Source of the DNA: Candidatus Bathyarchaeia archaeon
GTDB taxonomy: Archaea > Thermoproteota > Bathyarchaeia > 40CM-2-53-6
Assembly (NCBI GenBank): GCA_049513715.1
Contig: JBEKVV010000003.1
Span: 416,001 to 480,000, forward strand
Direction: 5' to 3'
Length of the DNA stretch: 64,000 nucleotides
Below are positions 26,531 through 37,201 of this stretch, one piece after another. Numbering within the stretch: position 1 is the stretch's first letter; every line of letters starts with the position of its first letter. The position numbers and the translations under genes are program-made. The notes beneath the pieces were generated by a model. It made no database searches. It was given only the letters and a program-made list of their open reading frames with translations, and was not told the DNA's origin.

Positions 26531-28060
26531 TCAACTATCATTGCGTATTAGGTCGGCCCACACTTTTGCTGGTTTCCAGTTGTAAACGATAGTTTTCAGC
26601 CTAGTCATTTCCTCTATGCTGTATCCGATTCCTTCTCTCCCGATGCCAGAATCTTTGTTGCCGCCAAAGGGATAATACCCGACGCCGTGCCTAGGCGCGG
26701 CGTTAACAGTCACTTCGCCCTCCTCCAGCCGCTTTGCGACTTTTCTGGCAAGGTTGATATTGTTGGTGAACACGCATGAATCAAGCCCAAACCTAGACCT
26801 GTTCGCCAATTCAATCGCTTCATCCACATCCTTCACGTGCACGATGGGTATGACGGGGCCGAAGGTTTCGTCCCACACGACATTGGCGCTGGTCGGGACG
26901 TTGTCGAGCACTGTGGGTTGGTAGAAGTTGCCCTCAAACTGGCCTCCTGTGAGCAGCTTTGCGCCTTTGCTTATCGCATCAGTGACAAGCCCGTGCACAC
27001 GTTCAACGGCATTTCGGTCGATAAGTGGGCCCATGTTCACCGACGCGTCCCGTGGGTCACCGAGCTTGTAGCTCTGAACTTCCTTCAAAACCATATTCAC
27101 GAACTCGTCAGCAATTTTCCGTTCGACTAATACGCGGCTCACGGCGTCGCATCGTTGACCGCTGTAACTCAACGACCCCTTAACGGCCTCACTCACAGCC
27201 AAACCGATGTCAGCGTCCGCAAGTACGATCGCGGAACCTTTCCCACCTAGCTCCATGTGTAAGCGTTTTAGGCCGGCGACGTGCGCCAACTTCTGCCCGA
27301 CTTCGGTGCTGCCGGTGAAAGTTACCATGTTGACCCTCTTGTGCGCTGCCAAGTACTCTCCAATGGGTCCCCTTGCAGTAATCACATTCAAGACGCCCGC
27401 GGGAATTCCTGCAACCTCGAGAATTCTTGTGAACATCAGAAACGAGAGCGGGTCCTTGCTGGAGGTTTTCACCACAACTGCGTTTCCAGCTAGAAGTGCT
27501 GGAATCACTTTCGTTGCAGTAATGTACAATGGGTAGTTGAAAGGGGATATCGCCAAGACAACACCCAAAGGCTCCCTTAGTACGTCAGCTGACGTCCCAA
27601 CGGTTTCGTCAGACCAGTCCCCTGGAATATGTTCGCCTCGAATCTTCCCGTAATCCTCCGGTGTGAGCTTGAGGCGCTCAGCGGTGGCCTTGACTTCGCC
27701 CTCAGCGTTTGAGTGTGGTTTGCCCGCTTCCAAAGTCAGAATTGTGATGAAGGATTCCTTGTTCTGCAGCAGCAATTCGCGGGCTCGCTGGAAGATGTTG
27801 ATCTTCTCTACGGCCGGTATCGTACGAATCTTGTTCCGGTTCGCGTAAGACGCCTCCACAGCTTGTTCTGCTTCTCGGTTAGAAGAGCTGGGAACAGTCG
27901 CAACTAGCGTTCCATCTATTGGGGTGCGAACTTCAATGCGCTCAGCAAGGGAAACCCATTTCCCATCAAGTAGCATCTTGAAATCAAGGACGTTGAAATC
28001 ACTCACCGAGTGGATTGGCGCGAATACCTCGCCAAGTCTAACTTCATTGTTGGTCTTCAT
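26531..28060 (-). CDS. gapN: Non-phosphorylating glyceraldehyde-3-phosphate dehydrogenase (ALDH family)
   Basis: GEHIPGDW, ISPFNYPL, MELGGK, GQRCDA, PRHGVGYYPFGG. Confidence 0.85.
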   Translation of the reverse strand: MKTNNEVRLGEVFAPIHSVSDFNVLDFKMLLDGKWVSLAERIEVRTPIDGTLVATVPSSSNREAEQAVEASYANRNKIRTIPAVEKINIFQRARELLLQNKESFITILTLEAGKPHSNAEGEVKATAERLKLTPEDYGKIRGEHIPGDWSDETVGTSADVLREPLGVVLAISPFNYPLYITATKVIPALLAGNAVVVKTSSKDPLSFLMFTRILEVAGIPAGVLNVITARGPIGEYLAAHKRVNMVTFTGSTEVGQKLAHVAGLKRLHMELGGKGSAIVLADADIGLAVSEAVKGSLSYSGQRCDAVSRVLVERKIADEFVNMVLKEVQSYKLGDPRDASVNMGPLIDRNAVERVHGLVTDAISKGAKLLTGGQFEGNFYQPTVLDNVPTSANVVWDETFGPVIPIVHVKDVDEAIELANRSRFGLDSCVFTNNINLARKVAKRLEEGEVTVNAAPRHGVGYYPFGGNKDSGIGREGIGYSIEEMTRLKTIVYNWKPAKVWADLIRNDS

Positions 28061-28482
28061 AGCAGCTTCGACTCGTTCAGAACTGCTTCGGCCTCAATTT
28101 CGACAAGCATCTCAGAGTTGATGAGCCTCTTGACTTCAATCATCGTAGTTACTGGGCGTACGTTCTTGAAGACTTGCCCGTGGGCTGTGCCAATTTCTTG
28201 CCACTTTTCTATGTCGGTCACATAGATTCTTGTTTTGACGACATCCTCCAGCTTGGCTCCAAGGGATTCCAATGCCCTCTGAATGTTCCGTAAGGTTTGC
28301 TCAGTCTGTGCTTTCGCATCCCCGACCCCAACCAAATCACCATCAGAGCCGGTGGCAGTTGTTCCCGAAACGTAAACAACGTTGCCGACTCTCACAGCCC
28401 TCGAATAACCAACAATGGGCTCCCACTTCGTCCCTGAGGAAAAATTAACTCGCTTACTCAAGCACCGGTTCTCCTCAAACAT
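28057..28482 (-). CDS. RidA/YjgF family protein
   Basis: WEPIVGYSRAVRVG, VSGTT, VEIEA. Confidence 0.92.
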   Translation of the reverse strand: MFEENRCLSKRVNFSSGTKWEPIVGYSRAVRVGNVVYVSGTTATGSDGDLVGVGDAKAQTEQTLRNIQRALESLGAKLEDVVKTRIYVTDIEKWQEIGTAHGQVFKNVRPVTTMIEVKRLINSEMLVEIEAEAVLNESKLL

Positions 28483-28561
28483 GCAGACACCCGCTCTCTT
28501 AAGGAAGATGAAATCCCATCGGCTGCAAGAGAGAGGTCACATGTGAGCTGCCATACGATCC

Positions 28562-29428
28562 TCATGGCTTTTGTGTGCGAATGAATTTGACCTTCCAATC
28601 AAAGAAAAAGCTCGCACCAACCACATAGGGTTTCAGTCGCTCTGTCAATTCTCCAAGAAAGGCCGAGCGCTGGCTGTCTGACAGCTCAGCAAATTCATGC
28701 TTCAGTGCAACCCTCTCAAGCCTCAGGTTCAAGTAGTCCTGAACTCCGCGAAGCTTGATCTTGTAGTTGCGTTCTTTGACTTGAATATCCGTGAACCCAA
28801 TCTGCCGTAACTCTTCCATTTGCTTCGTTACGTCCAAGTTACCTTTTTTCTCCATTGTTGCGACTGCGTTTCTCTCAAATTGCAACCGGTCTGAGGGCGC
28901 ATCCGTTCTGTGTCGCCTCAGGACCTCGCTGAAGACTCTGTGGACCGGGACATCGATCAGATGCCAATCACCGAAGACAAGCCACCCGCCTCTGCGGACC
29001 ACACGGAAAATCTCAGTTATCGTTTGATGGAAGGTGGCGTAAGAGATGCCGCTATTTGAAAACGCCAAGTCAAAGAAACCATCGGGAAAAAGCAACTGCT
29101 CTGCATTCATTTTGAAGAATCGCACATTCTTGCGCTCGCCTTTCGCAACCTGCGCTCGGGTTAGGATTTGTTCTGACCGGTCAACTCCGACCACAAGTCC
29201 TTTGGGGCCTAGATGTCTAGCTGCCTCCAGCGCAGCGACACCTGTCCCCGTCCCAACATCCAGCACTACTTGGCCTGACGCGATTTTGGCGATGAGCACT
29301 AGGTCACGCGCGAATTTTCTGAAGATCGGAACCCACCATTTCTCCCACGCCTCAACGTCTTGATTCCATAGCCCCTGCAGAACCTGATCGGCCTGTTGGA
29401 CATCCATACTCATGCGGGAAGCACTCAC
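28562..29428 (-). CDS. Class I SAM-dependent methyltransferase
   Basis: VLDVGTGTG, FPDGFFD. Confidence 0.88.
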   Translation of the reverse strand: MSASRMSMDVQQADQVLQGLWNQDVEAWEKWWVPIFRKFARDLVLIAKIASGQVVLDVGTGTGVAALEAARHLGPKGLVVGVDRSEQILTRAQVAKGERKNVRFFKMNAEQLLFPDGFFDLAFSNSGISYATFHQTITEIFRVVRRGGWLVFGDWHLIDVPVHRVFSEVLRRHRTDAPSDRLQFERNAVATMEKKGNLDVTKQMEELRQIGFTDIQVKERNYKIKLRGVQDYLNLRLERVALKHEFAELSDSQRSAFLGELTERLKPYVVGASFFFDWKVKFIRTQKP

Positions 29429-29532
29429 GCTGAGACGGCCAGCGGTAGGAGTGTAAGATGCATGGGTTCAAAATGCTTCCGCACAGAAGACAGAGAAAAG
29501 AGTCGGGGCGTTTGCTGGCTTTCGTTCATTGC

Positions 29533-30105
29533 TTAGATGAGCTTAGTTCGGAAGGCGTTTAAGTCCACGTGCCATAGTACGCCATATTGACCGCGGAAGC
29601 CGCTGACAATGTGAATGTAGACACCTGTGTTGGTGCTGTCTGTGTCGGCTCCGAGTAGTACGAAGTAACCTTGGCGGCCATCCGGCGCGGTTGCTGGCCC
29701 TTGGTAGACTGATGTGTGGGCGTCGCGGTTGTAGTCGCCCCGCCAATGGCCCACATCAATAGCGTATGGCTTGCCGCGAATCTGGAAAGTTCCGTCCACA
29801 ACTTTGAAGACGATATTGTGGGGGCCAACAAACGTCACTTGCACTGTGAGTTGTATGTTCGCAGGTCCAGTGACTAGCTTGCCGTCAACCCAAGCCCGTG
29901 CTTGGCCATTCATGGTTGTGATACTGTACTTGCCTCCAACCATCACGTTCCCGCCCGCGACGAGCGGGTCGGCGAGGACTGAGGTTGCCGTGAGGCTCAG
30001 CAGAACAGCCCCGAGTACAATTGGTATCAAATGTTTGGTTTGCAACGTTTTATCACTAGCTAGACCCTTCGTGGGGGTCGTATAATCTGGTTCGGAAGGA
30101 ATCAT
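29533..30105 (-). CDS. Secreted beta-rich hypothetical protein
   Basis: Signal-peptide-like segment ending VLA; true start probably downstream of the ORF start. Confidence 0.7.
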   Translation of the reverse strand: MIPSEPDYTTPTKGLASDKTLQTKHLIPIVLGAVLLSLTATSVLADPLVAGGNVMVGGKYSITTMNGQARAWVDGKLVTGPANIQLTVQVTFVGPHNIVFKVVDGTFQIRGKPYAIDVGHWRGDYNRDAHTSVYQGPATAPDGRQGYFVLLGADTDSTNTGVYIHIVSGFRGQYGVLWHVDLNAFRTKLI

Positions 30106-30120
30106 CTGGATGAATCATCA

Positions 30121-31785
30121 ATGAGCCGCCGGTTTGAAAAGCCGTGGCTGAGTCATTGGCCGAAAGGCGTCCCGCAATCCCTTGAATACCCTGAGATTTC
30201 TATGGGTGAAATGCTTCGAGGCTCTGCCTCGAAAACGCCTAAGAATCCAGCACTCTACTTTCAGGGCACCGAATTATCATATGGGGAAATGGATGCGCTC
30301 GTCGATAGGTTCGCTGAAGCGCTTCAAGACCTCGGAGTCAGAAAGGGAGATCGTGTCGCATTATACCTCCCCAACATCCCCCAGTTCGTCATAGCATACT
30401 ACGGAGCCCTCCGAATTGGCGCCGTGGTGGTTGCCGTAAGCCCGTTGTACAAGGAACGAGAACTTGCCCACATATTGACTGATTCTGGCGCCAAAATCAT
30501 CGTGGCTTGGGATAAGTTAGATCCCTACGTTCAGTCGGTGAAAGCACGAACAGCACTGGAACGAATCATTGTCACCAACGTTGAGGACTATTCCTTGGAA
30601 AAGACATCAATCTCTTCATCAAAGAATCAGGAATCTCACTCAGATACAGATTACATGAGGAGCCTTCTGCTGGAGAAACGCGGAACCCCGCGGGGAACTG
30701 AAATCAAACCGAAGGAAGACCTTGCTCTCCTTCAGTACACCGGGGGAACAACTGGCACTCCCAAAGGCGCAATGCTCACACACTACAACTTAATCGTGAA
30801 CGCCGTGCAATTCGCGACGTGGCTGCAAATGCGCCCGGGCGTGGACGTACACCTTTCTGTTCTTCCGTTCTTTCACATTTACGGGATGACTACATCAATG
30901 AACTCACCCATATACACACGATCACCAATGATACTCGTCCCTGATCCTAGAGACGTTCAAGGCCTCCTGGAAGCCACAGAAAAATACAAACCGACGATTT
31001 TCTGCGGCGTTCCGACTACCTACATCGCTATCATAAACCAGGCAGATATTCAGAAGCACGATTTGCGGTCAATCAAGGTCTGCATTTCCGGGGCCTCCTC
31101 ACTGCCTGGTCAGGTTCAGAAACGTTTCGAAGAGCTGACAGGTGGGCGATTGGTAGAGGGTTATGGATTAACGGAAACCAGCCCAGTTACCCATGTGAAC
31201 CCTCTCGACGACCGAGCCAAGAATCGCATAGGCTCAATTGGTATACCCATCTCGGACACAGAGGCAAAGATCGTAGACCTAGAAACAAGTAAGAGCAGTC
31301 TCGCTGCCGGTGAAGTAGGGGAACTGGTTGTCCGCGGCCCGCAAGTCATGTTGGGCTATTGGAACAACTTAGGTGAAACGAAGATGGTGCTCCGTGATGG
31401 TTGGTTCTACACTGGTGACCTTGCCACTATGGACAAAGATGGGTACTTTCACTTAGTCGACCGAAAGAAGGACATGATCAACGTTTCCGGTTTCAAGGTT
31501 TGGCCGAGAGAGGTCGAAGATATCCTGTTTGAGCATCCCGCTGTAAAAGAAGCCGCTGTTGTCGGCGTGCCAGATTCGGAAAGCGGTGAAGCGGTTAAGG
31601 CGTTTATTGTGTTGAAAGCAGGCAACCAAGGGAAAACCTCGCCTGAGGAAATCATGGATTTCTGCAGGGAGAGAATCGCATCCTACAAGGCTCCCAAAAT
31701 CGTAGACTTCAGGGACGAACTACCCAAAACGCCTGTTGGTAAGATCTTGAAGAGAGAATTGCGACCTCGCAAGTCGCCAACCTAG
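30121..31785 (+). CDS. Long-chain fatty acid-CoA ligase
   Basis: LQYTGGTTGTPKG, EGYGLTE, YTGD, LPKTPVGK. Confidence 0.92.
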   Translation: MSRRFEKPWLSHWPKGVPQSLEYPEISMGEMLRGSASKTPKNPALYFQGTELSYGEMDALVDRFAEALQDLGVRKGDRVALYLPNIPQFVIAYYGALRIGAVVVAVSPLYKERELAHILTDSGAKIIVAWDKLDPYVQSVKARTALERIIVTNVEDYSLEKTSISSSKNQESHSDTDYMRSLLLEKRGTPRGTEIKPKEDLALLQYTGGTTGTPKGAMLTHYNLIVNAVQFATWLQMRPGVDVHLSVLPFFHIYGMTTSMNSPIYTRSPMILVPDPRDVQGLLEATEKYKPTIFCGVPTTYIAIINQADIQKHDLRSIKVCISGASSLPGQVQKRFEELTGGRLVEGYGLTETSPVTHVNPLDDRAKNRIGSIGIPISDTEAKIVDLETSKSSLAAGEVGELVVRGPQVMLGYWNNLGETKMVLRDGWFYTGDLATMDKDGYFHLVDRKKDMINVSGFKVWPREVEDILFEHPAVKEAAVVGVPDSESGEAVKAFIVLKAGNQGKTSPEEIMDFCRERIASYKAPKIVDFRDELPKTPVGKILKRELRPRKSPT

Positions 31786-32051
31786 GATGGCTGCTGTTAG
31801 TATCAGCAATTCCTGGCAAACCTTCTCGGATCTGACGCCACGACGCAAGACATCGAGAGGCATGTAGCACGTTCGATCGAACATGTCCGCAACTGGATTA
31901 AAAGAAACACATTCGAACTCTGGTGTACTCGTAACGAACACCACTGCGCTCTTCCACTTTTTCCCAGATGGGAACTCTCGATGAAACGTGCGAATTTGGT
32001 TTTTGATAGTGTTGAGCATGATACTCGAACTAAACAGTTAAGAACTCGCCG

Positions 32052-34061
32052 TTGAACTCGAATTTTCATTACAGGCGCATCACGATGTCGCTTCGAGATA
32101 TTCTCCCAACAACGACTATGATATTTCCTGAAAACCGCGCAAAGATAAAGGTCCTCAGCGAGGTTCAAATGAAGAGCCTCAAGGACCCTGATTCTTTCTG
32201 GCGAAAAGTCGCGGACGAACTGCACTGGTACGAGAAGAAGGGCCCAGCTTTTGAGACTATGCCGGAGCCCCCCTATGGGCGTTGGTTCCCCAACTGGAAA
32301 ACAAACATCTCGTACAACGCACTAGACCGGCACGTCTCAGGCCCGAGGAAGAACAAGGTCGCATATTACTGGGAAGGCGAGGGCGGCGAAAAACGGAAGA
32401 TCACTTACAACGAGCTTTACGAGGAGGTCAACAAACTCGCCTCTGCACTCAAGAAACTCGGCGTAAAGAAGGGTGACCGAGTCACAATCTATCTCCCGAT
32501 GATACCAGAACTTCCCATCAGCATGCTTGCAACTGTTAGGCTTGGTGCAATTCACTCAGTAATCTTTGCAGGGTTTACGGCGCAATCAGTCGCGGGCAGG
32601 ATAAACGACTCGAATTCCAAAGTCGTAATCACAGCCGACGGTTCCTTCAGGAAGGGAAAGACGATTGAACTCAAATCAATCGTGGACGAGGCCATCAAGC
32701 AGGCGCCCATTGTTGAAAAAGTCGTTGTTGTGAAACGAACCGGTAGCCCAATAACGATGAATAAGGGACGTGACTTCTGGTACAGCGACATAATCGCGTC
32801 TGCAGACAAGTTTGTTCAACCAGAGCCTCTTACGGGCGTTGACCCGAGCTTCATCCTATACACGTCAGGAACCACAGGCAAACCAAAAGGAACGACGCAC
32901 AGCACGGGCGGCTACATGACCTTCGCCTACTACACACAGAAAACAGTCTTCGATGTGAAAGAGGACGATGTTTACTGGTGCACTGCAGACATAGGCTGGA
33001 TAACGGGCCACACGTACATCGTTTACGGCCCCCTAGTCGCCGGAGTTACTTCTCTCCTGTACGAGGGCGCGCCAGACTATCCTCAACCCGACCGGTGGTG
33101 GGACTTGGTCGAGAAGTACAAGGTCACAATCATCTACACAAGTCCAACCGCCATCAGAATGCACATGAAATTCGGGGAGAAATATGCCCAGAAACACAAC
33201 CTAACCAGCCTCAGGCTGCTCGGAACAGTTGGGGAGCCAATTAACCCGGAAGCATGGAAGTGGTACTTCAAGTTCATAGGCCACGAGAAAACGCAGATTG
33301 TCGATACATGGTGGCAGACCGAAACGGGCGGAATTCTAATCAGCCCACAACCAGGAATAGCGCCCATTCCATTGAAGCAAGGCTCAGCCACGTTCCCAGT
33401 TGCGGGCGTCGACGCTGACGTTTACACTGAGAACGGCACGCCAGCGAAAGTTGGCGAGAAGGGTTTCATAGTGATCAAGCGGCCGTGGCCAGGCCAATTC
33501 ATGACCTTATGGAACGACGCAGAGAAATTCAAACAGGTCTACTTCACAAGGTTTCCAGGAATCTACTACCCCGGCGACTACGCTGTTAGAGACGACGACG
33601 GGTACTTCTGGCTCCTAGGCCGCGCGGACGAGGTGTTGAAAGTTGCAGGCCACAGAATAGGAACGATAGAGCTTGAAGACAGCCTCATCCAGCACCCTGC
33701 CGTCGCTGAATCAGCAGTAATCGGAAAGTCGGACCCGGTCAAGATGGAAGTGCCCGTGGCGTTCGTTGTACTCAAGTCCGGTTACCAGCCGACCCCAGAA
33801 CTCAAGAAGGAACTCCAAATGCACGTCAGAAACACGATCGGCCCAATTGCCGTTCCGGAAACGGTCTACTTCGTGAGCAAGCTACCAAAGACTCGCAGTG
33901 CGAAAATCATGAGACGTGTTGTCAGAGCCGTTGTGGAAGGCAAACCCCTCGGCGATGTCACCACCATCGAAGACGAAACAAGCGTCCAAGAGATGAAAAA
34001 CGCCTACGGCGAACTGCAGGCCGAAATCGACGCTTCCAAAGCAGCTACAGAAAAGAAGTAG
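32052..34061 (+). CDS. acs: Acetate-CoA ligase (AMP-forming); probable start ATG 32085
   Basis: YTSGTTGKPKG, DTWWQTETG, LPKTRSAKIMRR. Confidence 0.95.
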   Translation: MNSNFHYRRITMSLRDILPTTTMIFPENRAKIKVLSEVQMKSLKDPDSFWRKVADELHWYEKKGPAFETMPEPPYGRWFPNWKTNISYNALDRHVSGPRKNKVAYYWEGEGGEKRKITYNELYEEVNKLASALKKLGVKKGDRVTIYLPMIPELPISMLATVRLGAIHSVIFAGFTAQSVAGRINDSNSKVVITADGSFRKGKTIELKSIVDEAIKQAPIVEKVVVVKRTGSPITMNKGRDFWYSDIIASADKFVQPEPLTGVDPSFILYTSGTTGKPKGTTHSTGGYMTFAYYTQKTVFDVKEDDVYWCTADIGWITGHTYIVYGPLVAGVTSLLYEGAPDYPQPDRWWDLVEKYKVTIIYTSPTAIRMHMKFGEKYAQKHNLTSLRLLGTVGEPINPEAWKWYFKFIGHEKTQIVDTWWQTETGGILISPQPGIAPIPLKQGSATFPVAGVDADVYTENGTPAKVGEKGFIVIKRPWPGQFMTLWNDAEKFKQVYFTRFPGIYYPGDYAVRDDDGYFWLLGRADEVLKVAGHRIGTIELEDSLIQHPAVAESAVIGKSDPVKMEVPVAFVVLKSGYQPTPELKKELQMHVRNTIGPIAVPETVYFVSKLPKTRSAKIMRRVVRAVVEGKPLGDVTTIEDETSVQEMKNAYGELQAEIDASKAATEKK

Positions 34062-34079
34062 GTTGAAGGGTGAATTGAA

Positions 34080-34649
34080 ATGAGCGTTAAAGCATCGGAA
34101 CTTGCCAACCCCGCGCCATTAGGACTCATGGGCTTCGGAATGACCACAATCCTCCTCAACCTACACAACGCCGGCCTCTTCGGCCTAGGGAGCATGATTC
34201 TGGCCATGGGAATCTTCTATGGTGGAATAGCCCAAGTAATTGCTGGGATAATGGAATTCAGAAAAGGAAACACATTCGGAACCTTAGCATTCACATCCTA
34301 CGGCTTCTTCTGGCTGACGCTGGTCTACTTGATCGTACTTCCAACAGACAAGCCGGCCTTCGCCCCTGACAACGCTTCAATGGCTGCTTACCTGTTCATG
34401 TGGGGGCTTTTCACGTTGATAATGTTCTTCGGCACCCTGAAGACCAACAGGGCACTTCAGTTCGTTTTCCTCTCACTCGCCATACTCTTCTTCCTCCTAG
34501 CTGCAGCCAGGGGAATCCCAGCCCTAGAACCAATTGCTGGCGTCGAAGGCGTCATCTGCGGCTTCAGCGCATTCTACCTCTCACTAGCACAAGTCCTCAA
34601 CGAAGCCCACAAGAAAGTGATCTTGCCAATAGGACCAGTAAACGCCTAA
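34080..34649 (+). CDS. satP: Acetate uptake transporter (GPR1/FUN34/YaaH)
   Basis: [22 protein letters not shown]. Confidence 0.93.
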   Translation: MSVKASELANPAPLGLMGFGMTTILLNLHNAGLFGLGSMILAMGIFYGGIAQVIAGIMEFRKGNTFGTLAFTSYGFFWLTLVYLIVLPTDKPAFAPDNASMAAYLFMWGLFTLIMFFGTLKTNRALQFVFLSLAILFFLLAAARGIPALEPIAGVEGVICGFSAFYLSLAQVLNEAHKKVILPIGPVNA

Positions 34650-34850
34650 CCTGATACTCAAGCAGAGCAGCTTCTCCAACGTGTTGTTTTCTTGCTCCTC
34701 GTTGAAGATGGTTGTGCTCTGAATTCTGGGTTTATTTCACCCATTTCCAGTATTGCAAGGGTGTATATGTAGAAGTATATGCTAAATTTGCATCATAAAT
34801 AAATCATAAGCAATCTATTTTCGAGCATTAAATAATGGAGATGAAGAGTA

Positions 34851-36200
34851 CTGCAAACCCTTACGAAAGAGCAACTTCTAGAGAAAGCCAAGAAACCAGC
34901 ACTCGATGCGATGAAACTCCATCCATTCTACAGGGGAAAGATGGAGATCGTGCCGAAATGCTGCATCCGAGATTTCAATGACTTCGCTATCTGGTACACA
35001 CCTGGTGTCGCAGACCCCTGCAGAGCAATTAACAAAGACCCGAAACTTGTCTACGATTACACGAACAAGTGGAACATGGTCGCAATTGTTACAGACGGCA
35101 CACGTGTCCTAGGCCTCGGAGATATTGGACCAAAGGCTGGCCTTCCAGTCATGGAGGGAAAGTCAATCCTCTTCAAGTACCTTGGAGGAGTAGACGCAGT
35201 TCCCATTTGCTTGGGAACGAAAGACCCTGACGAAATCATATCGGCAGTAAGATGGCTTCAACCATCCTTCGGCGGCGTTAACCTCGAAGACATCGCCCAG
35301 CCTAAGTGCTTCAGAATCCTCGACACCTTAAGGGAGTCAGCTGAAATCCCTGTCTGGCACGATGACCAGCAAGGAACAGCCACAATAGTTCTCTCCGGAC
35401 TCATCAATGCCCTCGAAGTAGTCGGCAAGAAGGCAAGTAATGTCACCGTAGCCATGGTTGGGGCAGGTGCTTCAAACGTCGCGTGCAGTAGGCTCATGTT
35501 CGCATACGGCATCAAACCCGAAAACACATTCATGGTGGACACGAAAGGCATTCTAAACACCGCCCGCAAAGACCTCGAAGCGCGCAAAGCCGAATACGTT
35601 GACAAATGGCGGCTCTGCCAAACAACGAACAAGGAACAACGCTCCGGCGGCATACCAGAGGCCATGAAGGGCGTCGACGTATGCATTGCACTATCCAAAC
35701 CAGGACCTGACACAATCAAGAAAGAGTGGGTGGCAAAAATGGCTGATGATTCAATCGTCTTTGTTTGCGCAAACCCAATCCCAGAAATCTGGCCATGGGA
35801 GGCAAAGGAAGCAGGCGCACGAGTTGTCGCAACCGGAAGATCCGACTTTCCAAACCAAGTCAACAACTCACTCGGTTTCCCAGGAATCTTCCGTGGAGCC
35901 CTTGACGTTCGCGCCCGCACGATAACAGACCCTATGTGCATAGCAGCCGCTAGCGAACTAGCGAAGTGCGCACGAGAAAAAGGATTAAGCGAAGACTCCA
36001 TTGCCCCCACTATGGGTGACTGGGAAGTCTACCCCAGAGAAGCAATGGCAGTAGGCCTCAAAGCTCAAGAAGTCGGCGTAGCCGGACTGAACCTGACCAG
36101 AACTCAACTGCTGGAACAGGCAACTACTATCATCAAGCGATCCCGCGAGATGACCCAGAACTCAATGAAAATGGGCTACATCCCGAAGGCCCCAGATTAG
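34851..36200 (+). CDS. NAD(P)-dependent malic enzyme (ORF track ATG 34911; probable CTG start 34851)
   Basis: [36 protein letters not shown]. Confidence 0.93.
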   Translation: MQTLTKEQLLEKAKKPALDAMKLHPFYRGKMEIVPKCCIRDFNDFAIWYTPGVADPCRAINKDPKLVYDYTNKWNMVAIVTDGTRVLGLGDIGPKAGLPVMEGKSILFKYLGGVDAVPICLGTKDPDEIISAVRWLQPSFGGVNLEDIAQPKCFRILDTLRESAEIPVWHDDQQGTATIVLSGLINALEVVGKKASNVTVAMVGAGASNVACSRLMFAYGIKPENTFMVDTKGILNTARKDLEARKAEYVDKWRLCQTTNKEQRSGGIPEAMKGVDVCIALSKPGPDTIKKEWVAKMADDSIVFVCANPIPEIWPWEAKEAGARVVATGRSDFPNQVNNSLGFPGIFRGALDVRARTITDPMCIAAASELAKCAREKGLSEDSIAPTMGDWEVYPREAMAVGLKAQEVGVAGLNLTRTQLLEQATTIIKRSREMTQNSMKMGYIPKAPD

Positions 36201-36207
36201 GAGGGGA

Positions 36208-37146
36208 TTGACAATGGCAATGAAGAAAAACGTTCCCGACAAACAGTACGACCTATTGATAATCGGAGGCGGTCCTGCAGGCCTTACCGCAGCCGCGTAC
36301 GCGATCAGAAAACGCCTAGAGACCATGCTCATCAGCGAAGATCTAGGAGGAAAAACCAACTACCAATTCTCCTTACCCAACACTGAAACGCACAACATCA
36401 TCGACGGTCAAGAGTTAGTGAGCAAGTTCAAGAGTCAACTGGAATACCTCGACTTCGCGCGGCACATAGGCAAAGTCACCAAACTGGAGAAGGCAGCGAA
36501 GAACTTCGTAGCCACAACAGAGGAACAGTCGTTCAAAGCTAAAGCGGCCATAATCGCAACCGGCATTTCTCCCAAACGCCTCAACGTGCCCGGCGAAAAA
36601 GAATTCCTCGGCCACGGAGTCAGTTATTCCACCGTGAGCCACGCACCCATGTTCATTGACAAGGAAGTCGCAGTCATCGGCGACGGACCACATGCTCTTC
36701 AAGCAGCAGCAGAACTAGCACAAATAGCGAAGAAGGTAAATGTAATCGGCGTTCCAAACAAGGACCTCAGCTCCTCATTAGGCAGGAAACTGAAAGAGTC
36801 AGGAAAAACTGAATTCTTCAGCGACTACAAAGTAAAGGAAATTCGAGGCACCGGTGCACCAGAGAAAATTCTTCTAAGATCCAAATCATCGCAAACCGAA
36901 ATATCCGTGAGCGGAGTTTTCGTTGAGCTAGGCTACATTCCCAACACAGCACTCCTCTCGCACATGGTCAAGAAAACCAAGGACGGTAGAATCATCATAA
37001 ACGAAAACAACCAAACAAATATACCAGGTCTGTTCGCTGCTGGCGACGTAACAGACGTGAACGCGCAGCAAGTGGTCATCGCAATCGGCGAGGGCGCCAA
37101 CGCTGCACTAAGCGCGTACAACTATCTACTAACCTTAAGGGCATAA
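36208..37146 (+). CDS. Thioredoxin-reductase-like flavoprotein lacking the catalytic CxxC
   Basis: GGGPAG, IIATG, GVSYSTVSH, TNIPGLFAAGDVT. Confidence 0.85.
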   Translation: MTMAMKKNVPDKQYDLLIIGGGPAGLTAAAYAIRKRLETMLISEDLGGKTNYQFSLPNTETHNIIDGQELVSKFKSQLEYLDFARHIGKVTKLEKAAKNFVATTEEQSFKAKAAIIATGISPKRLNVPGEKEFLGHGVSYSTVSHAPMFIDKEVAVIGDGPHALQAAAELAQIAKKVNVIGVPNKDLSSSLGRKLKESGKTEFFSDYKVKEIRGTGAPEKILLRSKSSQTEISVSGVFVELGYIPNTALLSHMVKKTKDGRIIINENNQTNIPGLFAAGDVTDVNAQQVVIAIGEGANAALSAYNYLLTLRA

Positions 37147-37201
37147 TCTAGCAGGCACTTTTCCGTGTCTGCCACACCCTCTGTTTTGTCTGCTGATGAA
37201 G

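Noticed and set aside
31720..32225. Minus-strand ORFs between the acyl-CoA ligase and acs
   Set aside because: They overlap well-supported genes and have no recognisable motif; 31720..32019 cannot be excluded but is unsupported.
35258..36010. 250-aa antisense ORF (also 10198..10878 and similar)
   Set aside because: These are shadow frames of malic enzyme, copA and other strong genes.
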